In this document: positions 62,160 to 64,000 of the stretch, one piece after another | Numbering within the stretch: the first letter of the stretch is position 1 | How the letters are laid out: the number at the start of each line of letters is the position of its first letter | Assembly: GCA_965287045.1 (NCBI GenBank) | Contig: OZ336870.1 | Coordinates: 111,848,001-111,912,000 of the forward strand | Origin: Carcharhinus amblyrhynchos | Lineage: Eukaryota | Length of the DNA: 64,000 nt | Direction of reading: 5' to 3' | Made by a program: the position numbers and the translations under genes | The notes under the pieces: model-generated | Told to the model about the DNA's origin: nothing | What the model saw: the letters and a program-made list of their open reading frames with translations, nothing else | The model's database searches: none

Positions 62160-62990
62160 TTTACAGTGTTCCAACATCCGTACCATCATGTGCTCTCATA
62201 ATTTCTTGCTCACTCCCACTACACATTGATGTAACCTTGAAGGCAGTAGCTGGTGAGAGGGAAGGCTGTTGGTAGCATTTCTCCATTGCATGTGATGACC
62301 TTGATAGACATACTGCAGTGGTCTGGCAGCTTGAGGGTCCACCTCTTCTTGGAGAAAGCAAAGCACTCACAAGGTTTGGACACCATGCACACAAGGTTCT
62401 GCATAGCCTCTAACACCGCTGCCGAGTTTTCCCCTGCCAATCTCTGCATCTCCAGTGACTTTTTTGTAGTTAACACCAGAATTCCACCAGGATCTCAGTG
62501 AAGGCCTCTTGCCTGTGGGCTATTTTCCTGTACATGCTCCTTATTCTATACGCAGACCCTTGGAAAGCCTCGTGAGTATAACTGAGCTAGTGGAGGAATA
62601 CTGCAAGGCAGATGATGATGCATACCCCGGGTGTTCTTGGTCTTCATCAGAAGTAGAGTTGTTGCTTTGCACCATGGACTTTAGCCTTCTTTACCTCTGG
62701 CAATGACCTATAGTGGTGAACAAAAATAAGGACATCAAGCAGCTCAGTCTTTAAGGAAACCACAAGGTTGCACATTTCACTAATGTTTTAATGTCTCAAA
62801 ACTACACTGGGGCCTTGTTCACTTTGCTGGCTGACTCCAGCCTCACATCTGCAACCAACTAGCTGCTCTGCTTCCCCGCACTCTCCAGGGCTTCCGCTTC
62901 ACCGGATGGTAAAACCTTCAGCTTAGTCATTCCTCATCTAGACTTGGCTCTCTCCCTGGCATTGAAGGTCTCCTTCTCCTGCATGACAAA
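62160..62990 (-). pseudogene. Harbinger Myb-partner gene remnant (3' exons), convergent with the transposase
   Basis: Minus strand atgcag|EKETFNARERAK...KVLPSGEAEALE, similar to the segment at about 38390; further coiled-coil-like pieces (KKSLEMQRLAGENSAAVLEAMQNL). Confidence 0.5.
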
Positions 62991-64000
62991 ATGGAGAGTT
63001 TGACATGTCAAAGAGATACCTAACCCCCCTCATTCCTGTTGATTCTCATGTCACATCCAGGCCACACAATCGAAATGGTACCCAATTACCGTAGCATGCA
63101 CTAACTATCATACCATTTGGCCTCTTTAGCCATGGATAGCCATGGATAAAACATTGGCTTCACCTCAGCTGGAGTATTATTGTCCACTTCTGTGTATCAC
63201 ACTTGTGTGTGTGATGGGGGATATTTGATGGCAAATGTTGAGAGGTTGGGAGCTGCAAACTGAAAAATAATCCAAATGACCCTGCAGGTGGTGAATTGAC
63301 ATTCAGATTTGGCACCAATTTTCCCAGCCATCAGAGATTGGCTGCTTGAGGAGGCGGGCTTTTATAGCCCCTTCAGGGTGGGTTTTTTCTGGCTGCACTC
63401 ACTCCCAAGACTGAAAAATCCCACCCGAGGTCAGTGGGCCTTTGCATGGTCCTGTCCCACCCACTATGATTTCCATGGTAGGCGGGACAGGAAAATTCTG
63501 CCCCAGCCCTGAAATTGAGTCAGCTGATGGCACAGGTGAAAATCTGCCCCGTCACACGATTGGCCATTGAGCGCATGCCCGTCGTCCGCACTTACGATTT
63601 ACTTTGCAATTGCTTCCTGGCACATGAGCAGACTTGGCCGCCTACTTCTGGAGCCATCAGGAGCTTCCACCCATTAAATGCTGTGCCAAACCCTGGCAGA
63701 TCACTGTGCTGCTATTTTTGGCTATGATTAAAGAGAAAGAGAATTAATTAAAAGAGCAGTGGTGCTGTTAAAAATAGCATTAATCTGCCGCTATTTAAAA
63801 CAAAGTTCAGAACTAAGAAATCAAGATGTGCAATTTATGCAAAGTATTAAATCCTGGGCAATCACTCTGATAATCATAGTGCTTCTACGCTGCACCAAGC
63901 AGAACACTAAATCTGTTTACCTCTCTTACAGAGGGAATATGATATCTCATGAACTGCAATGTTGAACTTTACACAGCAAATAATGTTGCCTTTTGTCAAG

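Noticed and set aside
58458-64000. Next RasGEF1 exon (expected ...NLEAYV.WFNRL...)
   Set aside because: Not found in the remaining sequence; presumably beyond the window.
1-64000. CRISPR array, operon or prokaryotic defence system
   Set aside because: No regularly spaced repeat-spacer array or gene-dense bacterial organisation; the DNA is intron- and retroposon-rich vertebrate sequence.

Overview
This is eukaryotic (vertebrate) DNA, most likely from a shark or other elasmobranch, judged from the HE1-type V-SINEs, Deu-domain SINEs, CR1, Rex1/Babar and Penelope repeats. The only host gene I can support is the 5' part of a RasGEF1-family Ras guanine-nucleotide exchange factor on the + strand. 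It is most like RASGEF1B, with some RASGEF1C-like residues. Five coding exons are present (42304-42480, 46730-46852, 47466-47603, 57096-57308, 58383-58457), giving 242 codons with canonical GT-AG phase-0 introns. The gene continues beyond the window, and a probable promoter and non-coding first exon lie at about 21720-22142. The rest is largely decayed transposable elements (SINEs, CR1/L2/Rex LINEs, a Gypsy pol remnant, two-gene PIF/Harbinger fossils and their MITEs, Penelope termini), and almost all ORFs in the supplied track are TE remnants or chance. I found no clearly new multi-gene system. The best leads are RNA-level. (1) A potential 444-nt circRNA of exons 2-4 would have a stop-free endless ORF and is flanked by inverted Rex copies. 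(2) An 88-bp intronic inverted repeat would be fully paired in the pre-mRNA. (3) A Penelope terminus carries a minimal hammerhead ribozyme core next to a captured 84-bp copy of neighbouring DNA. Repeat boundaries are by-eye approximations and family names come from recalled consensus features, not database searches.
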